24,722 nucleotides of DNA from a virus (lineage: Duplodnaviria; Caudoviricetes). The position numbers were made by a program, and so were the translations under genes. The DNA is taken from IMG/VR virus record IMGVR_UViG_3300005662_000226, positions 1-24,722 of that record. One strand, 5' to 3'. Shown here one piece after another: positions 1 through 8,494 of this stretch. Each line of letters begins with the position of its first letter. Within the stretch, counting starts at the first letter, position 1. The notes under the pieces were generated by a model. The model was not told the DNA's origin and did no database searches. It worked only from the letters and a program-made list of their open reading frames with translations.

Positions 1-2
1 CG

Positions 3-8
3 TATAAT
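3..8 (+). promoter_or_regulatory. Probable sigma70 -10 box for the AAA ATPase gene (-35 lies outside the window)
   Basis: TATAAT at 3-8, about 48 nt upstream of ATG 56; GGAG Shine-Dalgarno at 47-50. The next gene has the same promoter class. Confidence 0.55.
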
Positions 9-55
9 AACACATAGACAGATAGTTCTTAACAATTTTTAACCCTGGAGTATAT

Positions 56-1153
56 ATGAGCGAGATCATTTCACGCACCGTTGGTCCTAAAGCCGCTAAA
101 AAATCTCTGCGTAAAGCATTCAAAAGCAAGCGACCTGTGTTTTTGTGGGGCCCCCCTGGTATTGGTAAGTCTGATATTATTAAACAGTTAGGCACTGAAC
201 TAGATGCACATGTCATTGATGTGCGTTTGAGTTTGTGGGAACCTACTGACATTAAAGGTATTCCGTATTTTGATTCAAACTCAAACAAAATGGTTTGGGC
301 TCCTCCTAGCGAATTGCCAGATGCTGAAATGGCAAAACAACATAAGACTATTATCTTGTTCATGGATGAAATGAACTCTGCGGCTCCTAGCGTACAGGCC
401 GCGGCTTATCAGCTGGTGTTGAACCGTCGTGTTGGCACTTACCAACTTCCAGATAATGTTGTAATGGTTGCCGCTGGTAACCGTGAAACTGACAAGGGTG
501 TTACTTATCGTATGCCTGCTCCGTTGGCTAACCGTTTTGTTCACTTGGAAATGACAGTGGATTGGGATGATTACTTTGAGTGGGCTACTGAAAATCGAGT
601 CCATAAGGACGTTGTTGGATTTTTGACCTTCTCTAAGAAGGACCTGTACGACTTTGATCCAAAGTCAGCGTCACGTGCCTTTGCTACTCCACGTAGCTGG
701 TCCTTTGTTAGCGAACTGTTGCACGATGACGACACTGACGTTAGCACACTAACCGATCTTACTTGCGGTGCAATTGGCGAAGGACTTGCCGTTAAGTTTA
801 TGGCTCACCGTAAACATGCCAGCAAAATGCCTAATCCGTCAGACATTCTTTCTGGCAAGGTTAAGAAAATGGACACTAAAGAGATTTCTGCAATGTACTC
901 GTTGACTGTATCATTGTGCTATGAGCTCAAAGAAGCAAACGACAAACGTGCCAAAGATTGGGATAATCAAGTTAACTGTTTCTTCCAATTTATGATGGAT
1001 AATTTTGAAACTGAATTGGTTATCATGGGTACTAAGTTGGCGTTGAGTCAGTACAAACTGCCATTGGATCCAGATGAGATCAAATGTTTTGACGACTTCC
1101 ATGCAAAATACGGCAAGTACATTTCAGCGGCAACTGAAAAGAGCTCACGCTAA
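56..1153 (+). CDS. MoxR-like (AAA_5) AAA+ ATPase
   Basis: Walker A GPPGIGKS, Walker B ILFMDE, sensor-1 region VAAGN, arginine finger LANRF and sensor-2 TPRSW. Followed by a VWA gene, the usual MoxR partner. Confidence 0.93.
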   Translation: MSEIISRTVGPKAAKKSLRKAFKSKRPVFLWGPPGIGKSDIIKQLGTELDAHVIDVRLSLWEPTDIKGIPYFDSNSNKMVWAPPSELPDAEMAKQHKTIILFMDEMNSAAPSVQAAAYQLVLNRRVGTYQLPDNVVMVAAGNRETDKGVTYRMPAPLANRFVHLEMTVDWDDYFEWATENRVHKDVVGFLTFSKKDLYDFDPKSASRAFATPRSWSFVSELLHDDDTDVSTLTDLTCGAIGEGLAVKFMAHRKHASKMPNPSDILSGKVKKMDTKEISAMYSLTVSLCYELKEANDKRAKDWDNQVNCFFQFMMDNFETELVIMGTKLALSQYKLPLDPDEIKCFDDFHAKYGKYISAATEKSSR

Positions 1154-1158
1154 AATGA

Positions 1159-1187
1159 TTGACACCGCCCTAGGGCGGTGTTATAAT
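1159..1187 (+). promoter_or_regulatory. Consensus sigma70 promoter (TTGACA-17 bp-TATAAT, extended -10)
   Basis: TTGACA 1159-1164, 17-nt spacer, TG at 1179-1180, TATAAT 1182-1187; AGGAG Shine-Dalgarno at 1205-1209 before ATG 1216. Confidence 0.9.
1162..1181. repeat. Perfect 20-bp palindrome ACACCGCCCTAGGGCGGTGT (operator, or hairpin/terminator)
   Basis: Equals its own reverse complement, is GC-rich in an AT-rich intergenic region, and begins 9 nt after the ATPase stop. Confidence 0.9.
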
Positions 1188-1215
1188 ATAAGTATATTGT
1201 AAACAGGAGCATCTA

Positions 1216-2421
1216 ATGTCACATCTTGATCCAATCATTGACAACATCATTGTCGCCCGTGTTGGACTGTTGCTACGTCATCCGTTTTTTGGTAACATGG
1301 CAACTCGTTTAAAAATTGTAGACGGCAGTGATTGGTGTGCGACAGCGGCTACAGACGGTCGCCATATCTATTTTAATAGAGAGTTTTTCCAAAAACTAAG
1401 CATTAAACAAATTGAGTTTGTTATTGCCCACGAAATCCTACATAATGTTTTTGACCATTTAGGTCGTAACGAAGGTCGTGATCGTAGAATCTTTAACATT
1501 GCCGCTGACTATTGTGTTAACGGTCAATTAATTCGCGACAACATCGGCGAGATCCCTCCAAAAGAAATTAAGATCTTCCACGATTCAAAATACTATAACT
1601 GGGGTGCTGAACAGGTATACGACGACATTTATGACAAACACACTGAAGAAGAATTGAGTGCGTTAGGTCAGTTGTTAGACGACCACGTAGACTGGGGTAA
1701 CCAGGACGGTGATAATCAGGACGGCAGTGGTAACAGACCACAGTATAGCAAAGAAGAGCTTAAAAAGATTAGAGATGAGCTCCGTGAGGCTGTAGTACAA
1801 GCGGCGCAGGCCGCTGGTGCAGGTAACACTCCTGCAAACATTCAGCGAATGATCAAAGAGTTTACTGAACCTAAAATGGATTGGAGACAGATCCTTCGTC
1901 AGCAGATCCAAAGTACTATTAAAAATGACTTCAGTTTTATGCGTCCTAATCGTAAAGGCTGGCATATGAACGCTGTTCTTCCAGGTCAACAGTATCAAGA
2001 GACTATCGATATTTGCATCTCAATTGATATGAGCGGAAGTATTGGCGACGATCAAGCTCGCGATTTCCTCACTGAAATTAAAGGCATTATGGAAGAATAC
2101 AAAGACTTCAAAATTAAACTGTGGTGCTTTGACACTGCTGTTTATAATGAAGCAGACTTTGACGGCTACACTATTGACGAGTTTGAAGACTATCAAGTAG
2201 CTGGCGGTGGTGGAACTGAGTTCATGGCCAATTGGGAATATATGAAAGAGCATGATATTACTCCTAAGAAGTTTATCATGTTTACAGATGGATATCCTTA
2301 CGGTTCATGGGGTGACGAAAACTACTGCGACACAGTATTCATTATCCACGGTAACGACTCTATTGTTCCACCGTGGGGCGAGTTTGCCTATTACGAATTT
2401 AAGAATGAATCTAGAGTTTGA
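1216..2421 (+). CDS. DUF2201-type protein: N-terminal HExxH metallopeptidase-like domain plus C-terminal VWA domain
   Basis: TAATDG and HEILH (HExxH), NIAADY, DDH motif; C-terminal MIDAS elements DMSGS, GGGGT and FTDGY. Confidence 0.9.
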   Translation: MSHLDPIIDNIIVARVGLLLRHPFFGNMATRLKIVDGSDWCATAATDGRHIYFNREFFQKLSIKQIEFVIAHEILHNVFDHLGRNEGRDRRIFNIAADYCVNGQLIRDNIGEIPPKEIKIFHDSKYYNWGAEQVYDDIYDKHTEEELSALGQLLDDHVDWGNQDGDNQDGSGNRPQYSKEELKKIRDELREAVVQAAQAAGAGNTPANIQRMIKEFTEPKMDWRQILRQQIQSTIKNDFSFMRPNRKGWHMNAVLPGQQYQETIDICISIDMSGSIGDDQARDFLTEIKGIMEEYKDFKIKLWCFDTAVYNEADFDGYTIDEFEDYQVAGGGGTEFMANWEYMKEHDITPKKFIMFTDGYPYGSWGDENYCDTVFIIHGNDSIVPPWGEFAYYEFKNESRV

Positions 2422-2953
2422 TGCATTTAGTAGCGGCCAAATTAATAGTAAACTATGGGCCGCTGAAAAACTAGAATGGTGTGTAAAGGAACATATTACC
2501 GACCCCTTGGACATATACGTCCTAGGCGGTTGGTATTCTCTATTACATTTTATTCTTAAAGCCAGAAATAATATTAAGATAAAATCCTGTCGATCATTTG
2601 ACCTTGACCCGAGTGCTTGCTCAATTGCCAATGCAATTAATAACACGTGGGAATCTCAAGACTGGTCCTTTAGATCATACCCACAGGATATTAATACTAT
2701 AGATTATCCCGTGTCTGTTAATTGTGTAATTAATACAGTAACTGAACACGTAAAAGGTACTGAGTGGTATGATCGTATTCCTAAAGGCACTCTTTGTCTA
2801 TTTCAATCTAACAATCTTACTCACCCAGATCATATAAACATAGTATCAAGTATAGAAGAACTAGAAAAAAAGTTTCCACTAACTGAAACATATTTCACAG
2901 GTAGTAGATTTATGGATTCCTATACTAGATACATGACCATAGGTAAAAAATAA
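2405..2953 (+). CDS. Probable class I SAM-dependent methyltransferase (start reassigned from 2252 to ATG 2405)
   Basis: Motif I-like IYVLGGWYS, acidic strand SFDLDP, QDIN, VINTVTEH. The longer ORF start would overlap the VWA gene by 170 nt, whereas ATG 2405 overlaps it by 17 nt. Confidence 0.7.
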   Translation: MNLEFDAFSSGQINSKLWAAEKLEWCVKEHITDPLDIYVLGGWYSLLHFILKARNNIKIKSCRSFDLDPSACSIANAINNTWESQDWSFRSYPQDINTIDYPVSVNCVINTVTEHVKGTEWYDRIPKGTLCLFQSNNLTHPDHINIVSSIEELEKKFPLTETYFTGSRFMDSYTRYMTIGKK

Positions 2954-3240
2954 TGGCCTTAAAGAATGGCAAGCCAAACCCTTTAAATTTTTTTAATTTA
3001 AGGAGAGTAGATTACTCTGCTCCACATTTTGTTTATACTAAGCTAGATAGATACACCCCTACATTAGTTAAAGATATCGATCATTGGATTAAATTAAATC
3101 TTAACGGCAGGTACTATATAGGACAAGATTTAACCCTAGATCATACAAACACTATAGTGTATGTAACAAAGATCGGGTTTGAAACAGAGAAAGAACTTAG
3201 CTTCTTCAAAATCGCGTGTCCTATTTTAGAATCAAGATAA
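2953..3240 (+). CDS. Hypothetical phage protein (95 aa)
   Basis: TAATG stop/start overlap with the upstream gene; fills the gap in the operon. Confidence 0.75.
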   Translation: MALKNGKPNPLNFFNLRRVDYSAPHFVYTKLDRYTPTLVKDIDHWIKLNLNGRYYIGQDLTLDHTNTIVYVTKIGFETEKELSFFKIACPILESR

Positions 3241-3270
3241 ATTACTATACGTTCTTGTTTAGGAGACTTT

Positions 3271-3513
3271 ATGACTGAAGAAAACAAAGATATTAAAACA
3301 GCGGCAACTAGCGGACAAACCGCACCCGCACAAGAAGGCCCAGATCTTAACATTAATGATCTTAACGCCTTAAAAGTTATTATTGACATCGCTAGCAGTA
3401 GAGGTGCATTTAAACCGTCTGAAATGGTAGCTGTAGGCCAAACATATGCAAAACTGGCTGCATTCTTAGATGTGGTATCAAAGACTGCTGAAGGAGCAAA
3501 ACAAAATGGCTGA
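3271..3513 (+). CDS. Small hypothetical protein (helical core with SRGAF motif)
   Basis: AGGAG Shine-Dalgarno at 3261-3265; amphipathic helical pattern; overlaps the next start. Confidence 0.8.
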   Translation: MTEENKDIKTAATSGQTAPAQEGPDLNINDLNALKVIIDIASSRGAFKPSEMVAVGQTYAKLAAFLDVVSKTAEGAKQNG

Positions 3514-4132
3514 ACTTAAACATGTAGGCCGTGTTGTAAAAACCGGCAAAAAAGTATTAGTAGCTTTTAGAACACTACCGGGTGCGTCTGATAGATGCTT
3601 AGTTATCCCAACTGAAAGTTTGCCTGATAGCTACCACGATGCATTGATTAATCTTGTTGAGAGTAATGCCGGCCAGAGTGCTAACGAATTTGCAGAAGTA
3701 TTAGCACGTACCAATTTTCCAGATGGCACTATTATGCTTGCGGCGTTGCATACACAAGGTAGAATGGTATCTGTTGGTACTAGTGAAATTGAGATGTGTC
3801 CAACTAACAGCCACACAGTAATGCTGTCTGAATTAAACTCGTTGATTGCAGAGCAAAGGGGTGTTACTGTCGATAGTCTTGCAGTACAACGACCACTAAC
3901 TGATCCAAACATTGAAGTTCGTGAAGTTGCAACTGTTCGCGAAGTAGACCCACCGAAATCTCAACCATTTACTCCAACCGAAGCATCTTTAGACGAGCCA
4001 CTAACCGACGAAGCTATGGCTAAGAAATATCGCAGTGATGCAGATCGTCTTAGCAAAGAGGCAGCACAGCTCAGAAGAATGGCTGAAGACTTAGTCCCGA
4101 CTACTAAGAAGAAAGTAACGGCAGTGGAGTGA
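3506..4132 (+). CDS. Hypothetical protein with C-terminal coiled coil and basic tail (start reassigned to ATG 3506)
   Basis: AAGGAG at 3491-3496 precedes ATG 3506 (MAELKHVGRV...); C-terminal AKKYRSDADRLSKEAAQLRRMAE helix. Confidence 0.8.
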   Translation: MAELKHVGRVVKTGKKVLVAFRTLPGASDRCLVIPTESLPDSYHDALINLVESNAGQSANEFAEVLARTNFPDGTIMLAALHTQGRMVSVGTSEIEMCPTNSHTVMLSELNSLIAEQRGVTVDSLAVQRPLTDPNIEVREVATVREVDPPKSQPFTPTEASLDEPLTDEAMAKKYRSDADRLSKEAAQLRRMAEDLVPTTKKKVTAVE

Positions 4133-4449
4133 GCAAACAAGGGAAGTCGCTCCCAAAAGATGTTATAGCACACTGGCCTGAAGTTTTTGGAGAGGTAAAA
4201 TTAAATGTTCTACCCTTACGATATTTAGACTCTGTGCTGTTAAATTTTAAAGACGGTAAAGTTTGGGAAATTAAAGTTACTAAAAAGACTAGAGATGCTG
4301 GTTGGGATCAGTTCGAAAAGTCTATTTCTGAGTTGGTTAGAACCTACGAAGAAAAAATTGATAATGTTGATTTTAAGTTAGATACTGACAGAGTTAAAAA
4401 AGATATTACTAAAGATACACAAAAATTTCTTAAGAGAAAGTTAGATTAA
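4129..4449 (+). CDS. Hypothetical protein (106 aa, GTG start)
   Basis: GTGA overlap with the upstream stop; abuts the thyX start. Confidence 0.72.
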   Translation: MSKQGKSLPKDVIAHWPEVFGEVKLNVLPLRYLDSVLLNFKDGKVWEIKVTKKTRDAGWDQFEKSISELVRTYEEKIDNVDFKLDTDRVKKDITKDTQKFLKRKLD

Positions 4450-5118
4450 ATGAAAGTTAACCTCCTATCCTACAGTCAACCTACACAAGAATTTAAGGAC
4501 TTGGGCATTGATGATGCTCAAGAACTTATTGCATATTGTGCAAGAGTAAGTAATCCTAGCAATCAATTTAATACAGAAACTAGTGAAAAACTTATCAAAT
4601 ATCTAATTAAACATCAACATTGGTCACCATTAGAAATGGTCAGCGCCTGTATTGAAATTACTACTACAAGAGATATTGCAAGGCAAATTTTGCGTCATCG
4701 AAGCTTTGCATTTCAAGAGTTTAGTCAACGCTACGCTGACCCTACTAAAGATTTAAATTTTGTAATTAGAGAAGCCAGGCTACAAGATACAAAAAATAGG
4801 CAAAACAGTATTTCCACAAACGACACAGAACTGCAGGCATGGTGGGATGCTAAACAAAAATGGATTATTGAACAGGCTAGTTTAGCATACTCTGAAGCAA
4901 TCGAAAGAGGTATTGCCAAGGAACAAGCTCGTGCAGTTCTACCAGAAGGTCTTACAGAAAGTCGTTTATATATGAACGGAACTTTGCGTAGTTGGGTACA
5001 CTACATAGAACTACGATCAGCTAACGGAACACAACTAGAGCATCAAGAAATTGCCAAGGCTTGCGCTCAGGTAATTTCAACAGTGTTCCCAATGGCTAAT
5101 GATCTTGTATCAAACTGA
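4450..5118 (+). CDS. thyX: FAD-dependent thymidylate synthase ThyX
   Basis: ThyX signature RHRSFAFQEFSQRY (RHRx7S), plus AYCARVS, HWSPLE, EQARAVLP and Q-x-E-H. Confidence 0.96.
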   Translation: MKVNLLSYSQPTQEFKDLGIDDAQELIAYCARVSNPSNQFNTETSEKLIKYLIKHQHWSPLEMVSACIEITTTRDIARQILRHRSFAFQEFSQRYADPTKDLNFVIREARLQDTKNRQNSISTNDTELQAWWDAKQKWIIEQASLAYSEAIERGIAKEQARAVLPEGLTESRLYMNGTLRSWVHYIELRSANGTQLEHQEIAKACAQVISTVFPMANDLVSN

Positions 5119-6119
5119 TTGCTCAACCAATCATAATCATTGATAGAACTTAGTGCAGACAAATCAGTTCTGCACTTTCTTCCAAACAGCTCTCCCTGTT
5201 GAGCACCATCAAGTATATATTTGGCAAATACGTGTGTAGTTGACTCTAACCACTTTGCTAATCGATCCTGTGTTTCGCTAGTATTTTGTCTATCAATGCT
5301 CTGACTAGCTAATTTAGCACACTCCCTGAAAGCACCTTTCCAAGACTCAAAAGGACTAACTGCAAAGTTTGTCACATTACTAATTTCTTCCATAACTCTA
5401 ACATTGTGACTTAAACTAGTAGTAACATCAACACCTACTGATTTTTCTATTAGCAGATGCTTTGGTAATAACTTTATTCCACCATAGCCGTATTCTAATC
5501 CATTAACTGGGTTACGACTCTTCCAAATATGAACTGTATCAAAATGATCTGCCGATACTTCGTGGGTAAATTTAAAAGTATCTTCAATTACTGCATCGGC
5601 GTCAACTACCCATAAGAAACTTGTAGCAGTCCCTAATGCGGCTTGTCGATGTGCGTTGGCTATTCCTTTAATTCCGTTGATTCTATTAGCAGAAGGTATT
5701 TTACTTTTTAACTTTTGCCAATTGTTATCTGCATATGTTTCATTGTAGCTGAGAAAAAATACATCATAAGATATTGATGATTTTTTATATCTAGTGCCCA
5801 CTAAAAATTTAGCAGATTCAAAATCTTTTTCTGCTACAGGCTTCTTTGCTGGTATCAGATAAATTTTGTTGTTGTTAATATCTTCTAGATAAGAAATTCT
5901 ATCTAAAAATACAGGATCTATTTTTAAAAACTCAAAACTAAGTACTTGTATAGTTGGAATAATCCAGAACATTTTAGTCCTGACAGAACTTGTATAGTTT
6001 ACTGCTATAGAAAATGGGTCAGAATCATAAACTACTTTAGCCAAAGGAAACTGATCTGTTGCCTTTGTTAAGGCAGCATCAGGCCATGATTTATTATGCA
6101 GAAAAATTATATCGTACAT
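5067..6119 (-). CDS. Glycosyltransferase-like protein (GT-A fold) with a degenerate N-terminal repeat
   Basis: YDVFFLSYNE strand, WVVDADA DxD motif, YGYGGIKL and WKGAFRECAKL; paralog of 6119-7042. Confidence 0.72.
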   Translation of the reverse strand: MYDIIFLHNKSWPDAALTKATDQFPLAKVVYDSDPFSIAVNYTSSVRTKMFWIIPTIQVLSFEFLKIDPVFLDRISYLEDINNNKIYLIPAKKPVAEKDFESAKFLVGTRYKKSSISYDVFFLSYNETYADNNWQKLKSKIPSANRINGIKGIANAHRQAALGTATSFLWVVDADAVIEDTFKFTHEVSADHFDTVHIWKSRNPVNGLEYGYGGIKLLPKHLLIEKSVGVDVTTSLSHNVRVMEEISNVTNFAVSPFESWKGAFRECAKLASQSIDRQNTSETQDRLAKWLESTTHVFAKYILDGAQQGELFGRKCRTDLSALSSINDYDWLSNQFDTRSLAIGNTVEIT

Positions 6120-7042
6120 TATTCTCTGTCTAACAGATTATTTGAAATACGAGTTTGGTCTGCATGAACATGCTTAAAAAATCTACTGGCGCTATCATCT
6201 AACACACTTAACGGAATGTCTAATTGCGGACTTAATTTGTCGCCAAAGTATTTTATATAATCAATAATGTTTTCATCAGTGACTGTGCCGTCTATTGTTT
6301 CGGCATACAGCTTTCCAAGGTAATCAAAATCTCGAACGTTGGTATAATCCCAATCTGTACAGTTAGTCATATAGCACCCTTGTCTAGCACCGAGAATAGC
6401 CCACAGACCGTTTTTTACATCAGACCCGACGTTCATCCAAATTAACAATCGATGTAGGTTTTTCCAGTGTACTTCTCTTTTAAAATTTGTATGATTAACA
6501 CGAACACCACGATCCAGAGACATCTTAACACCTTCGCGGAATCCTGCTCTCCATGCTTGATAGGGCGTAGCGTTATTATGCACATCACTGTAGCAACTGT
6601 TCATCTGGATGTACTCTGCATCCCAGCAAAAATCTACTTGTGCATTAGGATCATCAGTGGGTGCATTTTCGTGCGTTAGCATGGATAATACATATTCTTT
6701 TGGCCATAACTTTAGGCCTCCATTGCCGTACATTAATCCGTTTATAATATTATGGCCGCACCAACTGACTACACATCGACTGTAATCTCTGTAAGCAGAA
6801 AAGTCTACTTCTTGATTAAAGAAATCTTCACGTACAATATTATCACCGTCAACTGTTACAAATCGATCAGTCTCACTTATTCTTGCACATTCTTTATGCG
6901 CACTGTCGCTACCTTTTACACCGTGTACACGCTTTGCCCAAGGCACTTTGTTTAGCAAGTCAGCATAGTTTTTCTCAGCATTTGGCTCGTCGTAGCTGAG
7001 ATAGATGATATCAAAATCTATAATTTTAAACGTTTGACTCAT
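6119..7042 (-). CDS. Glycosyltransferase-like protein (GT-A fold)
   Basis: FDIIYLSYDEP, VHGVKGSDSAH, VTVDGDN DxD motif, YGNGGLKLW and WRAGFREGVKM. Confidence 0.75.
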   Translation of the reverse strand: MSQTFKIIDFDIIYLSYDEPNAEKNYADLLNKVPWAKRVHGVKGSDSAHKECARISETDRFVTVDGDNIVREDFFNQEVDFSAYRDYSRCVVSWCGHNIINGLMYGNGGLKLWPKEYVLSMLTHENAPTDDPNAQVDFCWDAEYIQMNSCYSDVHNNATPYQAWRAGFREGVKMSLDRGVRVNHTNFKREVHWKNLHRLLIWMNVGSDVKNGLWAILGARQGCYMTNCTDWDYTNVRDFDYLGKLYAETIDGTVTDENIIDYIKYFGDKLSPQLDIPLSVLDDSASRFFKHVHADQTRISNNLLDRE

Positions 7043-7664
7043 TTAAGATCCTTAAGTTATATGTATCAAAGAACTTTTTAGTTACAATAGACACTTGAGA
7101 TCTATCAGATTCTACATCAAATTCGTGCGGAATAAACACACGATCTTCTCTAACTAATCGTTCTAGTGTTATAGGAATTGTTCTAAACACAAAATTTTTA
7201 TTCTGATACTTGCAAATGTAAAACTCTAATGTTACATCGAGTATCTTTTGTTTTAGACCAACTTTAACATCATCCCTAATCTTAAATGCCCAATGCTTAA
7301 CATCCATATGATTTTCAATCGAACATGAGCTATCTAGGATATCCGACGTGTCTACCAGTATTAATGAATTGAAATTAATATCAGTGCTAACTTTAGAACT
7401 AACTAATGTTATTTGATCTTTTTCAAACACAATTTTAAAATCATTAAAATTTTGCTTGCCTTCCAAAAATAGCTTTACGTCATCATACGGCATCTTGATA
7501 AAAGAATCAAGGTCTTTTCTTTCTTCGTTTGTTATTGAAAGTATAGCGCCGTTAAATTTATCAAAATAAATTAAGTAGCTATTATCGATGACACCTAGAT
7601 TGTGTGCTTGGATAATTGCTTCGTCTGACAGTACGTCATCTTCATGCAACAATTCTTCTTCCAT
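7026..7664 (-). CDS. Hypothetical protein inside the glycosyltransferase cluster
   Basis: 212-aa ORF overlapping both neighbours (23 nt and 17 nt); no motif recognised. Confidence 0.75.
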   Translation of the reverse strand: MEEELLHEDDVLSDEAIIQAHNLGVIDNSYLIYFDKFNGAILSITNEERKDLDSFIKMPYDDVKLFLEGKQNFNDFKIVFEKDQITLVSSKVSTDINFNSLILVDTSDILDSSCSIENHMDVKHWAFKIRDDVKVGLKQKILDVTLEFYICKYQNKNFVFRTIPITLERLVREDRVFIPHEFDVESDRSQVSIVTKKFFDTYNLRILNESNV

Positions 7665-8493
7665 TTTTTGAGGATTCCTTTAATGAAGATAAAACTTGCG
7701 GGGTTAAAAAGCTGTCGTCAATATAATGAAACACGCCTGTTTGTAAAATATTAGACACGTACAACTGTCCGCTGTCAGTATAGTACCAATCTAACACTTT
7801 AGTCCAACTTGTTGGTATTGGACTAATATTTTGTAAATTGGCTTTCATATGGGTTATTGATAGATTTATTTGGTCATTAATTACTTGATCATCACACCCT
7901 AATACTTTGGCTGCAATGGCGGCACTAACATCCATGCTTAACCAACTCTGTTTGTGTTTAGGAGCAATGTCGAAGTATGTACGTTCCCAGTTGGCAACAA
8001 CAAACGCCATAGTATTATAAAAGTCTAAGGCTTTTTTATTTTTCTTAAAATAATGCAATCCAAAATAGATGTTGGGCAACTCGTTCTCGTTGAACATTTT
8101 ACGATTTACATAGTCCTTAATCGTCTGGCCCCTAAAATCTTTTATTTTTGAATTAAAAAAGACATCGTAGTTAGAGAGTCGATCCCAAATTGGCGTAAAG
8201 TTATCTAACACTAACATGTCGCTATCTAATACTATAGTTTCGTCATAAGGTGTAACATGATATAACTTCCAACGATTTTCAACCTTCCACACGCTTTCGG
8301 CTGCTTGATCGTCACCGGGGATAGCTATTATTTTATCAAACACTGTTTGATATTCATCGGGCACCGGATCGTTTGTAACTAAACTTATTAGACAAGAATC
8401 TTGGCTAGCATGTAAGCTCAATGCAAGAGCATAGGCCTGCTTTACATAATCTATGCCTTCGCTATTCTGTGCTAGAACAAGATACCCCCTCAT
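7642..8493 (-). CDS. Glycosyltransferase, GT8/nucleotide-diphospho-sugar transferase-like
   Basis: GYLVLAQN...YVKQAYALALS, TPYDETIVLDSDML (DxD), late THMK and FHY; paralog of 8968-9810. Confidence 0.75.
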   Translation of the reverse strand: MRGYLVLAQNSEGIDYVKQAYALALSLHASQDSCLISLVTNDPVPDEYQTVFDKIIAIPGDDQAAESVWKVENRWKLYHVTPYDETIVLDSDMLVLDNFTPIWDRLSNYDVFFNSKIKDFRGQTIKDYVNRKMFNENELPNIYFGLHYFKKNKKALDFYNTMAFVVANWERTYFDIAPKHKQSWLSMDVSAAIAAKVLGCDDQVINDQINLSITHMKANLQNISPIPTSWTKVLDWYYTDSGQLYVSNILQTGVFHYIDDSFLTPQVLSSLKESSKNGRRIVA

Positions 8494-8494
8494 A

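Noticed and set aside
2252-2404. N-terminal extension of the methyltransferase ORF
   Set aside because: It lies inside the VWA coding region in another frame; ATG 2405 gives a conventional short overlap.
281-4919. Short - strand ORFs opposite the AAA, VWA, methyltransferase and thyX genes
   Set aside because: They lie almost entirely antisense to well-supported genes and show no motifs.
4450-7042. thyX next to glycosyltransferases as a DNA hypermodification locus
   Set aside because: thyX is on the opposite strand and has a canonical motif. No hydroxymethylase, nucleotide kinase or TET/JBP gene is in the window. It is disfavoured, but not excluded without the rest of the genome.
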